From Escherichia coli (lineage in GTDB: Bacteria; Pseudomonadota; Gammaproteobacteria; Enterobacterales; Enterobacteriaceae), in NCBI RefSeq assembly GCF_002854065.1, contig NZ_CP024147.1: a stretch of 64,000 nt of DNA; one strand, written 5' to 3'. Positions 36,684 through 47,829 of the stretch are shown piece by piece (within the stretch, counting starts at the first letter, position 1; every line of letters begins with the position of its first letter). Both the position numbers and the translations under genes were made by a program. The notes under the pieces were generated by a model. That model did no database searches, was not told where the DNA came from, and was given only the letters and a program-made list of their open reading frames with translations.

Positions 36684-39359
36684 ATGTCGTCAACCCTACG
36701 AGAAGCCAGTAAGGACACGTTGCAGGCCAAAGATAAAACTTACCACTACTACAGCCTGCCGCTTGCTGCCAAATCACTGGGCGATATCACCCGTCTACCC
36801 AAGTCACTCAAAGTTTTGCTCGAAAACCTGCTGCGCTGGCAGGATGGTAACTCGGTTACCGAAGAGGATATCCACGCGCTGGCGGAATGGCTGAAAAATG
36901 CCCATGCTGACCGTGAAATTGCCTACCGCCCGGCAAGGGTGCTGATGCAGGACTTTACCGGCGTACCTGCCGTTGTTGATCTCGCTGCAATGCGCGAAGC
37001 GGTTAAACGCCTCGGCGGCGATACTGCAAAGGTTAACCCGCTCTCACCGGTCGACCTGGTCATTGACCACTCGGTGACCGTCGATCGTTTTGGTGATGAT
37101 GAGGCATTTGAAGAAAACGTACGCCTGGAAATGGAGCGCAACCACGAACGTTATGTGTTCCTGAAATGGGGAAAGCAAGCGTTCAGTCGGTTTAGCGTCG
37201 TGCCGCCAGGCACAGGCATTTGCCATCAGGTTAACCTCGAATATCTCGGCAAAGCAGTGTGGAGCGAATTGCAGGACGGTGAATGGATTGCTTATCCGGA
37301 TACACTCGTTGGTACTGACTCGCACACCACTATGATCAACGGCCTTGGCGTGCTGGGGTGGGGCGTGGGTGGCATCGAAGCAGAAGCCGCAATGTTAGGC
37401 CAGCCGGTTTCCATGCTTATCCCGGACGTAGTGGGCTTTAAACTTACCGGAAAATTACGTGAAGGTATTACCGCCACAGACCTGGTTCTCACTGTTACCC
37501 AAATGCTGCGCAAACATGGCGTGGTGGGGAAATTCGTTGAATTTTATGGTGATGGTCTGGATTCACTACCGTTGGCGGATCGCGCCACCATTGCCAATAT
37601 GTCGCCAGAATATGGTGCCACCTGTGGCTTCTTCCCAATCGATGCTGTAACCCTCGATTACATGCGTTTAAGCGGGCGCAGCGAAGATCAGGTCGAGTTG
37701 GTCGAAAAATATGCCAAAGCGCAGGGCATGTGGCGTAACCCGGGCGATGAACCGATTTTTACCAGTACGTTAGAACTGGATATGAATGACGTTGAAGCGA
37801 GCCTGGCAGGGCCTAAACGCCCACAGGATCGCGTTGCACTGCCCGATGTACCAAAAGCATTTGCCGCCAGTAACGAACTGGAAGTGAATGCCACGCATAA
37901 AGATCGCCAGCCGGTCGATTATGTTATGAACGGACATCAGTATCAGTTACCTGATGGCGCTGTGGTCATTGCTGCGATAACCTCGTGCACCAACACCTCT
38001 AACCCAAGTGTGCTGATGGCCGCAGGCTTGCTGGCGAAAAAAGCCGTAACTCTTGGCCTCAAGCGGCAACCGTGGGTCAAAGCGTCGCTGGCACCGGGTT
38101 CGAAAGTCGTTTCTGATTATCTGGCAAAAGCGAAACTGACACCGTATCTCGACGAACTGGGGTTTAACCTTGTGGGATACGGTTGTACCACCTGTATTGG
38201 TAACTCTGGGCCGCTGCCCGATCCTATCGAAACGGCAATCAAAAAAGGCGATTTAACCGTCGGTGCAGTGCTGTCCGGCAACCGTAACTTTGAAGGCCGT
38301 ATCCATCCGCTGGTTAAAACTAACTGGCTGGCCTCGCCGCCGCTGGTGGTTGCCTATGCGCTGGCGGGAAATATGAATATCAACCTGGCTTCTGAGCCTA
38401 TTGGTCATGATCGTAAAGGCGATCCGGTTTATCTGAAAGATATCTGGCCATCGGCACAAGAAATTGCCCGTGCGGTAGAACAAGTCTCCACAGAAATGTT
38501 CCGCAAAGAGTACGCAGAAGTCTTTGAAGGCACTGCAGAGTGGAAAGAAATTAACGTCGCACGATCCGATACCTACGGATGGCAGGAGGATTCAACCTAT
38601 ATTCGTTTATCGCCTTTCTTTGATGAAATGCAGGCAACACCAGCACCTGTGGAAGATATTCACGGTGCGCGGATCCTCGCAATGCTGGGGGATTCAGTCA
38701 CCACTGACCATATCTCTCCGGCGGGCGGTATTAAGCCCGACAGCCCAGCGGGTCGATACCTACAAGGTCGGGGTGTTGAGCGAAAAGACTTTAACTCCTA
38801 CGGTTCGCGGCGTGGTAACCATGAAGTGATGATGCGCGGCACCTTCGCCAATATTCGCATCCGTAATGAAATGGTGCCTGGCGTTGAAGGGGGGATGACG
38901 CGGCATTTACCTGACAGCGACGTAGTCTCTATTTATGATGCTGCGATGCGCTATAAGCAGGAACAAACGCCGCTGGCGGTGATTGCCGGGAAAGAGTATG
39001 GATCAGGCTCAAGCCGTGACTGGGCGGCAAAAGGTCCGCGTCTGCTTGGAATTCGTGTGGTGATTGCCGAATCGTTTGAACGAATTCACCGTTCGAATTT
39101 AATTGGCATGGGCATCCTGCCGCTGGAATTTCCGCAAGGCGTAACGCGTAAAACGTTAGGGCTAACCGGGGAGGAGAAGATTGATATTGGCGATCTGCAA
39201 AATCTACAACCCGGCGCGACGGTTCCGGTGACGCTTACGCGCGCGGATGGTAGCCAGGAAGTCGTACCCTGCCGTTGTCGTATCGACACCGCGACGGAGT
39301 TGACCTACTACCAGAACGACGGCATTTTGCATTATGTCATTCGTAATATGTTGAAGTAA
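36684..39359 (+). CDS. acnA: Aconitate hydratase A (891 aa)
   Basis: Full ORF; RBS AAGGAGGA; Fe-S cluster Cys ligands; aconitase family. Confidence 0.97.
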   Translation: MSSTLREASKDTLQAKDKTYHYYSLPLAAKSLGDITRLPKSLKVLLENLLRWQDGNSVTEEDIHALAEWLKNAHADREIAYRPARVLMQDFTGVPAVVDLAAMREAVKRLGGDTAKVNPLSPVDLVIDHSVTVDRFGDDEAFEENVRLEMERNHERYVFLKWGKQAFSRFSVVPPGTGICHQVNLEYLGKAVWSELQDGEWIAYPDTLVGTDSHTTMINGLGVLGWGVGGIEAEAAMLGQPVSMLIPDVVGFKLTGKLREGITATDLVLTVTQMLRKHGVVGKFVEFYGDGLDSLPLADRATIANMSPEYGATCGFFPIDAVTLDYMRLSGRSEDQVELVEKYAKAQGMWRNPGDEPIFTSTLELDMNDVEASLAGPKRPQDRVALPDVPKAFAASNELEVNATHKDRQPVDYVMNGHQYQLPDGAVVIAAITSCTNTSNPSVLMAAGLLAKKAVTLGLKRQPWVKASLAPGSKVVSDYLAKAKLTPYLDELGFNLVGYGCTTCIGNSGPLPDPIETAIKKGDLTVGAVLSGNRNFEGRIHPLVKTNWLASPPLVVAYALAGNMNINLASEPIGHDRKGDPVYLKDIWPSAQEIARAVEQVSTEMFRKEYAEVFEGTAEWKEINVARSDTYGWQEDSTYIRLSPFFDEMQATPAPVEDIHGARILAMLGDSVTTDHISPAGGIKPDSPAGRYLQGRGVERKDFNSYGSRRGNHEVMMRGTFANIRIRNEMVPGVEGGMTRHLPDSDVVSIYDAAMRYKQEQTPLAVIAGKEYGSGSSRDWAAKGPRLLGIRVVIAESFERIHRSNLIGMGILPLEFPQGVTRKTLGLTGEEKIDIGDLQNLQPGATVPVTLTRADGSQEVVPCRCRIDTATELTYYQNDGILHYVIRNMLK

Positions 39360-39364
39360 CAAGT

Positions 39365-39405
39365 ATTTGCTTGCCGGTTATTTTGCTTCCGGCAAGCAAA
39401 TTAAT
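39365..39405. terminator. Bidirectional terminator between convergent acnA and ribA
   Basis: Hairpin tttgcttgccgg-...-ccggcaagcaaa with T/A runs. Confidence 0.6.
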
Positions 39406-39422
39406 TACACAATGCAAGAGGG

Positions 39423-40013
39423 TTATTTGTTCAGCAAATGGCCCATTTTCTCGGCTTTGGTATCGAGATAATGTTCGTTTTTGGGGTTACGACCTACAAT
39501 CAATGGTACGCGTTCAACAATATTAATCCCCGCTTCGGTCAGAATTTCGACTTTTTTCGGGTTATTGGTTAACAAGCGGACTTCATTGACGCCAAGGAGT
39601 TTGAACATATCAGCGCAAAGAGTGAAGTCGCGCTCATCAGCGGCGAAGCCTAACTGGTGGTTAGCCTCTACGGTATCGTAACCTTGATCCTGCAGTGCGT
39701 AAGCGCGGATTTTATTCAGCAGACCAATGTTACGACCTTCCTGACGGTGATACAGCAAAATACCACGGCCTTCCTCGGCAATTTGCGTCAATGCCGCTTC
39801 GAGCTGGAAGCCACAATCGCAGCGCAAGCTGAACAGGGCGTCACCGGTCAGACATTCGGAATGGACGCGCGCAAGTACCGGGGTATGCCCGGAAATATCG
39901 CCATAGACTAGCGCGACATGATCGTGTCCGGTTGCCAGTTCTTCAAATCCCACCATCAGGAAATCGCCCCATGGGGTTGGCAGTTTGGCTTCTGCCACAC
40001 GTTTAAGCTGCAT
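39423..40013 (-). CDS. ribA: GTP cyclohydrolase II (196 aa)
   Basis: ORF 39423..40076; start placed at internal ATG ([18 protein letters not shown]); zinc-binding Cys motif [14 protein letters not shown]. Confidence 0.95.
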   Translation of the reverse strand: MQLKRVAEAKLPTPWGDFLMVGFEELATGHDHVALVYGDISGHTPVLARVHSECLTGDALFSLRCDCGFQLEAALTQIAEEGRGILLYHRQEGRNIGLLNKIRAYALQDQGYDTVEANHQLGFAADERDFTLCADMFKLLGVNEVRLLTNNPKKVEILTEAGINIVERVPLIVGRNPKNEHYLDTKAEKMGHLLNK

Positions 40014-40182
40014 GAAATTCTCCAGATAATGCTGGTTCTGTATTGGCTTATTTTGCCATAACGAGAAGGGGTTCACCTAATCACGACGCGTCGATCGTTC
40101 ACGGAATGGCACAAATCTGTCAATTTTTCCTGGAACTGGCATTTTCAGTTATGATTGTGGGACTTATCAAAAAGGAGAGGCC

Positions 40183-40947
40183 ATGCGTTCGATTGCCCGA
40201 CGTACCGCAGTGGGAGCTGCACTATTGCTTGTTATGCCAGTAGCCGTATGGATTTCTGGCTGGCGTTGGCAACCTGGAGAACAAAGTTGGCTACTAAAAG
40301 CGGCTTTTTGGGTTACTGAAACTGTCACCCAGCCCTGGGGCGTCATTACACATTTGATTTTATTCGGCTGGTTTCTCTGGTGTCTGCGTTTTCGCATTAA
40401 GGCTGCCTTTGTATTATTTGCCATTCTGGCGGCCGCAATCCTTGTGGGACAAGGCGTTAAATCCTGGATCAAAGACAAAGTCCAGGAACCACGACCTTTT
40501 GTTATCTGGCTGGAAAAAACACATCATATTCCGGTTGATGAGTTCTACACTTTAAAGCGAGCAGAACGCGGAAATCTAGTGAAAGAACAGTTGGCTGAAG
40601 AGAAAAATATCCCACAATATTTGCGTTCACACTGGCAGAAAGAGACGGGGTTTGCCTTTCCTTCCGGTCACACGATGTTTGCTGCCAGTTGGGCACTGCT
40701 GGCCGTTGGTTTGCTGTGGCCGCGTCGGCGAACGTTAACCATTGCTATCTTGCTGGTCTGGGCAACTGGAGTCATGGGAAGCCGCCTGCTGCTCGGGATG
40801 CATTGGCCACGCGATCTGGTAGTAGCTACGTTGATTTCGTGGGCGCTGGTGGCGGTGGCAACGTGGCTTGCGCAACGAATTTGTGGGCCATTAACACCAC
40901 CTGCGGAAGAAAATCGCGAAATAGCGCAACGAGAACAAGAAAGTTAA
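40183..40947 (+). CDS. pgpB: Phosphatidylglycerophosphatase B, PAP2 family (254 aa)
   Basis: Full ORF with RBS AGGAGAGG; PAP2 motifs PSGH and HWPRD. Confidence 0.95.
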   Translation: MRSIARRTAVGAALLLVMPVAVWISGWRWQPGEQSWLLKAAFWVTETVTQPWGVITHLILFGWFLWCLRFRIKAAFVLFAILAAAILVGQGVKSWIKDKVQEPRPFVIWLEKTHHIPVDEFYTLKRAERGNLVKEQLAEEKNIPQYLRSHWQKETGFAFPSGHTMFAASWALLAVGLLWPRRRTLTIAILLVWATGVMGSRLLLGMHWPRDLVVATLISWALVAVATWLAQRICGPLTPPAEENREIAQREQES

Positions 40948-41095
40948 CGCTGGTTGATTTTCCGAATTTAGCCCTTAAATCATCAACAATGCGCGTGGAT
41001 GCCATTTCGCAGACGGCGCGAAAATGGTACTTTAAAGGGCTATTGCGGTAAGTTGACCATAATTTATTCGCTCTAACCACATAACGGGAAGTAAT

Positions 41096-41404
41096 GTGAA
41101 ATATTTACTCATTTTCTTACTGGTGTTAGCGATCTTCGTGATTTCGGTCACGTTGGGTGCGCAGAACGATCAACAGGTGACGTTTAATTATCTGTTAGCG
41201 CAAGGGGAGTACCGTATTTCCACATTGCTGGCGGTATTGTTTGCTGCGGGTTTTGCTATCGGTTGGTTGATTTGTGGCCTGTTCTGGCTGCGAGTTCGTG
41301 TTTCCCTGGTGCGCGCTGAACGTAAAATAAAGCGACTGGAAAACCAGCTTTCACCCGCGACTGACGTGGCTGTAGTGCCGCACTCGTCAGCGGCGAAGGA
41401 ATAA
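41096..41404 (+). CDS. lapA: Lipopolysaccharide assembly protein A (102 aa)
   Basis: GTG start; MKYLLIFLLVLAIFVISVTLGAQ...; immediately upstream of lapB. Confidence 0.9.
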   Translation: MKYLLIFLLVLAIFVISVTLGAQNDQQVTFNYLLAQGEYRISTLLAVLFAAGFAIGWLICGLFWLRVRVSLVRAERKIKRLENQLSPATDVAVVPHSSAAKE

Positions 41405-41410
41405 CTTTCT

Positions 41411-42580
41411 ATGCTGGAGTTGTTGTTTCTGCTTTTGCCTGTAGCCGCTGCCTATGGCTGGTATATGGGCCGCAGAAGTGCGCAACAAAACAAGCAAGAT
41501 GAAGCCAACCGCTTGTCGCGTGATTACGTAGCGGGGGTTAACTTCCTGCTTAGTAATCAACAGGATAAAGCGGTAGACCTGTTTCTCGATATGCTTAAAG
41601 AGGATACAGGCACCGTTGAAGCCCACCTTACGCTCGGAAACCTGTTCCGTTCGCGTGGCGAAGTTGATCGCGCTATTCGCATCCATCAGACCCTAATGGA
41701 AAGCGCCTCGCTGACCTATGAACAGCGTCTGTTGGCGATTCAACAACTGGGGCGTGATTACATGGCCGCCGGGTTATATGACCGCGCGGAAGACATGTTC
41801 AATCAGCTGACCGATGAAACTGACTTCCGCATTGGCGCGCTGCAACAGTTGCTACAAATCTACCAGGCTACCAGTGAGTGGCAGAAAGCAATTGATGTTG
41901 CCGAACGCCTGGTGAAGCTGGGTAACGATAAACAGCGCGTCGAAATTGCCCATTTCTACTGTGAGTTAGCCCTGCAGCATATGGCCAGCGACGATCTCGA
42001 TCGTGCCATGACCTTGCTAAAAAAAGGGGCGGCGGCAGATAAAAACAGCGCCCGCGTATCCATCATGATGGGACGCGTGTTTATGGCGAAAGGAGAATAC
42101 GCCAAAGCCGTCGAAAGTCTGCAACGTGTCATATCCCAGGACAGAGAACTGGTCAGCGAAACGCTGGAAATGTTGCAAACCTGCTATCAGCAGTTGGGTA
42201 AAACTGCCGAATGGGCAGAATTCCTGCAACGCGCGGTGGAAGAGAACACCGGTGCCGATGCTGAATTGATGCTTGCTGATATCATCGAAGCGCGCGACGG
42301 TAGTGAGGCCGCACAGGTCTATATTACGCGCCAGCTTCAGCGTCATCCGACCATGCGTGTGTTCCATAAGTTAATGGATTACCACTTAAATGAAGCGGAA
42401 GAAGGGCGTGCCAAAGAGAGCCTGATGGTGCTGCGTGACATGGTTGGCGAGAAGGTACGTAGTAAGCCTCGTTATCGCTGCCAGAAATGTGGTTTTACCG
42501 CATACACCCTCTACTGGCATTGTCCGTCTTGTCGTGCCTGGTCAACTATTAAACCGATACGCGGTCTTGATGGCCTGTAA
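41411..42580 (+). CDS. lapB: Lipopolysaccharide assembly protein B, TPR plus rubredoxin-like zinc finger (389 aa)
   Basis: Full ORF; C-terminal CQKCGF...CPSCRAW metal-binding motif. Confidence 0.95.
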   Translation: MLELLFLLLPVAAAYGWYMGRRSAQQNKQDEANRLSRDYVAGVNFLLSNQQDKAVDLFLDMLKEDTGTVEAHLTLGNLFRSRGEVDRAIRIHQTLMESASLTYEQRLLAIQQLGRDYMAAGLYDRAEDMFNQLTDETDFRIGALQQLLQIYQATSEWQKAIDVAERLVKLGNDKQRVEIAHFYCELALQHMASDDLDRAMTLLKKGAAADKNSARVSIMMGRVFMAKGEYAKAVESLQRVISQDRELVSETLEMLQTCYQQLGKTAEWAEFLQRAVEENTGADAELMLADIIEARDGSEAAQVYITRQLQRHPTMRVFHKLMDYHLNEAEEGRAKESLMVLRDMVGEKVRSKPRYRCQKCGFTAYTLYWHCPSCRAWSTIKPIRGLDGL

Positions 42581-42772
42581 TTTTTTAAAAAAACCGACTT
42601 TAGTTACAACATACTAGTTATTGATGTCCCATTGTGCTCCGGCAACGACAGCGCAGAAAAAGCCTGCCAGGGGAGAAATCGCAACTGTTAATTTTTTATT
42701 TCCACGGGTAGAATGCTCGCCGTTTACCTGTTTCGCGCCACTTCCGGTGCCCATCATCAAGAAGGTCTGGTC

Positions 42773-43510
42773 ATGACGTTAACTGCTTCATCTTCTTCCC
42801 GCGCTGTTACGAATTCTCCTGTGGTTGTTGCCCTTGATTATCATAATCGTGATGCCGCGCTGGCCTTTGTCGACAAGAGCGACCCACGCGATTGTCGTCT
42901 GAAGGTCGGCAAAGAGATGTTTACATTGTTTGGGCCACAGTTTGTGCGCGAACTTCAACAGCGTGGTTTTGATATCTTTCTTGACCTGAAATTCCACGAT
43001 ATCCCCAACACTGCAGCGCACGCTGTCGCTGCTGCAGCTGACTTAGGCGTGTGGATGGTGAATGTTCATGCCTCTGGTGGGGCGCGTATGATGACCGCAG
43101 CGCGTGAGGCACTGGTTCCGTATGGCAAAGATGCACCGCTTTTGATTGCTGTGACAGTGTTGACCAGCATGGAAGCCAGCGACCTGGCCGATCTTGGCGT
43201 GACACTGTCACCTGCAGATTATGCAGAACGTCTGGCGGCACTGACGCAAAAATGTGGCCTTGATGGTGTGGTGTGTTCTGCTCAGGAAGCTGTGCGCTTT
43301 AAACAGGTATTCGGTCAGGAGTTCAAACTGGTTACGCCGGGCATTCGTCCGCAGGGGAGTGAAGCTGGTGACCAGCGCCGCATTATGACGCCAGAACAGG
43401 CGTTGGCGGCTGGTGTTGATTATATGGTGATTGGTCGCCCGGTAACGCAATCGGTAGATCCAGCGCAGACGCTGAAAGCGATCAACGCCTCTTTACAGCG
43501 GAGTGCATGA
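42773..43510 (+). CDS. pyrF: Orotidine-5'-phosphate decarboxylase (245 aa)
   Basis: ORF 42713..43510; start placed at ATG 42773 ([23 protein letters not shown]). Confidence 0.95.
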   Translation: MTLTASSSSRAVTNSPVVVALDYHNRDAALAFVDKSDPRDCRLKVGKEMFTLFGPQFVRELQQRGFDIFLDLKFHDIPNTAAHAVAAAADLGVWMVNVHASGGARMMTAAREALVPYGKDAPLLIAVTVLTSMEASDLADLGVTLSPADYAERLAALTQKCGLDGVVCSAQEAVRFKQVFGQEFKLVTPGIRPQGSEAGDQRRIMTPEQALAAGVDYMVIGRPVTQSVDPAQTLKAINASLQRSA

Positions 43511-43836
43511 TGAGTGATTCCAACAGCCGTCTGGTCTACTCAACAGAAACCGGACGTATTGATGAGCCAAAAGCGGCCCCAGTACGCCCTAAAGGCGACG
43601 GTGTGGTGCGTATTCAGCGTCAGACCAGTGGACGTAAAGGTAAGGGCGTTTGCCTGATTACCGGTATCGATATCGATGATGCCGAACTGACAAAACTTGC
43701 AGCGGAACTGAAGAAAAAATGCGGCTGCGGCGGAGCAGTTAAAGATGGAGTTATTGAAATCCAGGGCGATAAGCGTGATTTATTAAAATCACTACTTGAA
43801 GCGAAAGGGATGAAGGTAAAACTCGCAGGCGGTTAA
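43507..43836 (+). CDS. yciH: SUI1/eIF1-like translation factor (108-109 aa)
   Basis: Overlaps pyrF stop; conserved pyrF-yciH operon. Confidence 0.92.
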   Translation: MMSDSNSRLVYSTETGRIDEPKAAPVRPKGDGVVRIQRQTSGRKGKGVCLITGIDIDDAELTKLAAELKKKCGCGGAVKDGVIEIQGDKRDLLKSLLEAKGMKVKLAGG

Positions 43837-43961
43837 CATAAAAAGCCACGGATATATCCGTGGCTTTCGAATATTTTACTGTGTGTATTATTCAGTTATT
43901 TCGTACTGAACAGAATCAAGCGTATTATAATTGCGAGTCGATAATCGACATTTATTTACGA

Positions 43962-44180
43962 TTATTTACCGACCTGGTGACCAATAACACCACCGACAGC
44001 TGCGCCACCTAATGTACCCAACGTACTGCCATCGGTCAGTACTGCACCGCCTAATGCCCCTGCACCCGCGCCAATAGCGGTGTTACGGTCCCGTTTAGAC
44101 CAGTTAGAACAGGCACTCAGAGACATTGCCAGGGTAATTGCCAGAACAGCCGCGGTCATTTTTTTGCTCGTTACAAACAT
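43962..44180 (-). CDS. osmB: Osmotically inducible lipoprotein B (72 aa)
   Basis: Lipobox LSAC in MFVTSKKMTAAVLAITLAMSLSAC; Gly-rich mature part. Confidence 0.93.
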   Translation of the reverse strand: MFVTSKKMTAAVLAITLAMSLSACSNWSKRDRNTAIGAGAGALGGAVLTDGSTLGTLGGAAVGGVIGHQVGK

Positions 44181-44448
44181 AATACTCTCTCCTGAATTTA
44201 TGATTCACGGAAGTAAGCTCTCTATAACTATAATAGCTAAGAATAAGCATGGTGAAATTATTCCGTGAAATCCGCTCGCGCGCAGGGTTATATCACGCAG
44301 GTGATAATGACTTCCTGTTATATCGCTGATAATAATTTTATATCTTAAGAGTGTTAATAACAGGTAAATAGTCTTAATTATCAACCAGGAATCATCTTAG
44401 AGCGGATGATTTGCCAAACTGCAAATCATCCGTAGAGAAGGGAAATGG

Positions 44449-45198
44449 TTAAATGTCAACGACGTGAACGGTGAGTTTACTGTGCTCAAGATGCATCAGA
44501 TCGCTGGCGCGTATTTTCGAATCGGTAATCACGCGATTGAATCGTTCAACGGGACCGATGGAGTATGAATGTACAGCACCAAATTTCGAGCTGTCAGTCA
44601 GGACTATCGCTTCGCACTCTTTTTCCAGCACGGCATTCACCACATCGGTACGCATCATATCGCGACCGGTGAATCCAGTTTCAGGTTGCCAGCCATCAAT
44701 ACCAATAAATGCTTTGCTGAAATGTACATGTTGGATGCACTGGCGTGTCAACGGGCCAACCATACTTTCGCTTTTTTTCTGGTACACGCCACCGAGCAAA
44801 ATGACTTCACAAGGCGCGTCTTTCAGCAAATGCGCGATGTAGCTGCTGACCGTGATGATAGTGACATTTTTCTTCTGCTCCCCCAGAGTCCGGGCGAGCA
44901 GGGCATTGCTGCTGCCATTTTCGATAAAGATGGTTTCGCCCGGTTGAACCAGCGACGCGGCAAACTCGGCGAGTTCACGCTTCAGCGTATAGTTGCTCAT
45001 CATACGGGTTTCGACGTCATCACTATCAAGCGAAACTGCAAAGCCATGTGCACGGCGGAGGTAACTCAGTTTTTCGAGGGTGTTGAGATCCTGGCGAATG
45101 GTAACTTCAGAAACTCCAGTGGCTTTTGCCAGATCGGTTACGCTAACCTGACCCTGGTCAATGACCATCTGTAGAATAGTTTGTTGTCGGGAATTCAT
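44449..45198 (-). CDS. yciT: DeoR-family transcriptional regulator (249 aa)
   Basis: N-terminal HTH and DeoR C-terminal sensor domain. Confidence 0.92.
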   Translation of the reverse strand: MNSRQQTILQMVIDQGQVSVTDLAKATGVSEVTIRQDLNTLEKLSYLRRAHGFAVSLDSDDVETRMMSNYTLKRELAEFAASLVQPGETIFIENGSSNALLARTLGEQKKNVTIITVSSYIAHLLKDAPCEVILLGGVYQKKSESMVGPLTRQCIQHVHFSKAFIGIDGWQPETGFTGRDMMRTDVVNAVLEKECEAIVLTDSSKFGAVHSYSIGPVERFNRVITDSKIRASDLMHLEHSKLTVHVVDI

Positions 45199-45287
45199 CG
45201 CTGTAATTCTTATAACGTTATAATACTAAATAAAAAAATACTGACGCGCCGGGCATCCTCAAATAGGAAAACCTGAAGGCACGATTG

Positions 45288-45461
45288 TTAAATCTCCCAC
45301 GGTGCCTTCGGGATGTCTGGCGTAGATTCAGCAACCTGGCGCAAGAGTTCTGCTTTAAGTATCTCGAGATTATGGATCGCAGAGTGGTAATCGCCTGCCA
45401 CAAGGATATCTAACACAATATCAATACGTTCGGCAACGCGCTGGACATCAAATTCAGACAT
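45288..45461 (-). CDS. yciZ: UPF0509 small protein (57 aa)
   Basis: ORF 45288..45470; start placed at [17 protein letters not shown]. Confidence 0.8.
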   Translation of the reverse strand: MSEFDVQRVAERIDIVLDILVAGDYHSAIHNLEILKAELLRQVAESTPDIPKAPWEI

Positions 45462-45608
45462 CAAGGACATCCTTATAGCAAAAGGGGGAAAATGAATAAT
45501 GCAAAAATTGCCGCTAAAAGAGAAGTGTTTAACAGCAACGGCTAATTATCATCCGGGAATACGATATATAATGACGGAATATAGCGCTAAGTATATATAT
45601 TCATCTAC

Positions 45609-47594
45609 TTATGCGCGCTTCAGATAGCGTTTATACCAGCGTTCGAAGGCGACGGCGGGCATCGGTTTGGCAAACAAAAATCCTTGCCGCTCATTGATCC
45701 CATTCTTGGTTAAAAAAGCATCTTCCTTTGCACTCTCTACACCTTCGGCGATCATCTGAAGATTCAATGCCTGGGCCACAGCGACGATTGCCCGAACCAG
45801 TGACTGCGAGACAGGTTGTTTGTGAATATCTCGAACAAAAACCTGGTCAAGTTTGATGGCATCGATCGGAAAGCGCGCCAGTTGCGAAAGTGAAGAGTAG
45901 CCGGTACCAAAATCATCCAGATGCACTTGCGCACCTAGTTGGCTAAATTGTTGAATAACAGACAGTGCCAGTTCATCATTCTCAATCAGACAACTCTCTG
46001 TCAATTCAACATCAATAGGGCAGTATTCAAAATTGAGTTCCTGGAGAACCTGTTTCAGGGCGGTGAAAATGGTTTGATCGGCGAGCTGACGTGCAGAAAT
46101 GTTTACCGCCACTCGCAGGTTAATGCCTTTATCCCGCCACTTCGCCACCTGGCGTACGACATCGAGAATCACCCAACGGCCTAAAGGCACAATTAGCCCT
46201 GACTCTTCTGCGTAGGAAATGAAGTCCAATGGTGGAATCAACCCACGTTCAGGTGACTGCCAACGTACTAGTGCTTCCAGACTGCGCACTTCGCCACGCC
46301 AGGTGATTTTCGGTTGATAGTGAATAACCAACTGATCGTTTTCCAGTGCTTTACGCAAGTTGGTATCCAGCCAGAGATATTCAAATACCCGTTGATTCAT
46401 TTCTGGGGTAAAAACGCAAAATTGTCCTCGTCCGCCTTCCTTTACTGTGTACATTGCTGTGTCGGCGTGACGAATAATAGCCGCGCTGTCCGAACCATGT
46501 TCGGGAGAGAGTGCAATACCTACTGAACAGCTGGTATAAACTTCAATTAAACCAATACGAAAGGGGAGGCGTAAGCGGGTCAAAATTCGTGATGCCATTG
46601 CTTCCAGCGCGCTTTGTGAGGTGTTGGATGCCAGTACCAGAAACTCATCGCCACCTGGACGCGCCAACACCTGGTCATGTTCGAGACAGCTTAAAATAGC
46701 CAATGACACGTCGCGTAATAACTGGTCACCAAACAAATGCCCATAGGCGTCGTTGACCTTTTTAAAATTATCCAAATCAAGATACACAACCCCAACTTTA
46801 TTGTTATCTGCATGATTAATAGCGTGATCGATTAACTCCTGCATTGCGTTACGATTCGGCAGTCCGGTAATACTGTCGGTATTTGCCAGAATACGCAGTC
46901 GCTCCTGAGCGCGGCGCTCTTCGGTAATGTCGGTGCCGGAACAGATTAAAAAAATCTCGTTTTTGCCACTGCCGCTGTGGACAAATTTATTGCGAAACAG
47001 AAACAGCCGCTGGCCTTTACGTGTTGGTATCCACAGTTCGACTTCATATGCATTGCCGCTTCGAAAAAATACACGGTTATTGCGCCTGGATGCCGCAGCT
47101 TCACGACGGCTCATAAACAGTTTAAACACGCTTTGGCCAATGACGTCGTGTTCGTTCAACCCTGTGTAATCTTCACATAACCGATTGAAACGTTGGATAT
47201 TCCCCCGGCTGTCGAGAATGACTATTGCGGAATGTGCTTCAGAAACTACCTGCTCAGCAAAGGAAAGCCCGTGTGATAAATCACGAGCAACTGCCGGTGT
47301 GTCATGCCATGCAGACGCGTTGCCAGCCCATTCCCGTTTATTGATTTTTCGTCCTACCAGATGCACAGAAAGATCGCTTTCATCGACGGTCAGACTCATC
47401 ATCAGACTAGAAGTGATGACCGTCATTTCCCTGATTCGAGCAGCCTGTTCGGCAGATAACTGCAACGTACGTTCAGGTTCTGTGGTTTCGGTGGTAGAAA
47501 AGCGCAAAACATCGCTGCTTTCCGTCAACCGCCAGTATGGATTGTGCGATCCGAGAAAGTTGTACAACGTTGTGGACTCCCTAACGGTTTTCAT
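45609..47594 (-). CDS. pdeR: Cyclic-di-GMP phosphodiesterase with PAS-GGDEF-EAL domains (661 aa)
   Basis: Full ORF; EAL-domain motifs (EALVRW, DDFGTGYSS) and degenerate GGDEF. Confidence 0.95.
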   Translation of the reverse strand: MKTVRESTTLYNFLGSHNPYWRLTESSDVLRFSTTETTEPERTLQLSAEQAARIREMTVITSSLMMSLTVDESDLSVHLVGRKINKREWAGNASAWHDTPAVARDLSHGLSFAEQVVSEAHSAIVILDSRGNIQRFNRLCEDYTGLNEHDVIGQSVFKLFMSRREAAASRRNNRVFFRSGNAYEVELWIPTRKGQRLFLFRNKFVHSGSGKNEIFLICSGTDITEERRAQERLRILANTDSITGLPNRNAMQELIDHAINHADNNKVGVVYLDLDNFKKVNDAYGHLFGDQLLRDVSLAILSCLEHDQVLARPGGDEFLVLASNTSQSALEAMASRILTRLRLPFRIGLIEVYTSCSVGIALSPEHGSDSAAIIRHADTAMYTVKEGGRGQFCVFTPEMNQRVFEYLWLDTNLRKALENDQLVIHYQPKITWRGEVRSLEALVRWQSPERGLIPPLDFISYAEESGLIVPLGRWVILDVVRQVAKWRDKGINLRVAVNISARQLADQTIFTALKQVLQELNFEYCPIDVELTESCLIENDELALSVIQQFSQLGAQVHLDDFGTGYSSLSQLARFPIDAIKLDQVFVRDIHKQPVSQSLVRAIVAVAQALNLQMIAEGVESAKEDAFLTKNGINERQGFLFAKPMPAVAFERWYKRYLKRA

Positions 47595-47829
47595 GATGCA
47601 TATCCTCCGGTTAACTGCGGAGTCCGCGGTTAAATAAAAGGAACAACATGACTTACATGAAATTAACGGCGGCTAAACGCATTGTTTTTTTTATATATTT
47701 ATTTGTAATCCAGTTTTGGAAAAAAGCCAGTTTTCAAACGAAAGTCAGTTAAAAAATCTGCCTGGATATAACGAAGGTAGAGCGGGGAAATAAACGGCCC
47801 ATTCATGAGGAATGGGCCGTGAAAGGAGA

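Noticed and set aside
47185-47637. 150-aa plus-strand ORF antisense to pdeR
   Set aside because: Fully embedded antisense to a long conserved gene; no independent signal
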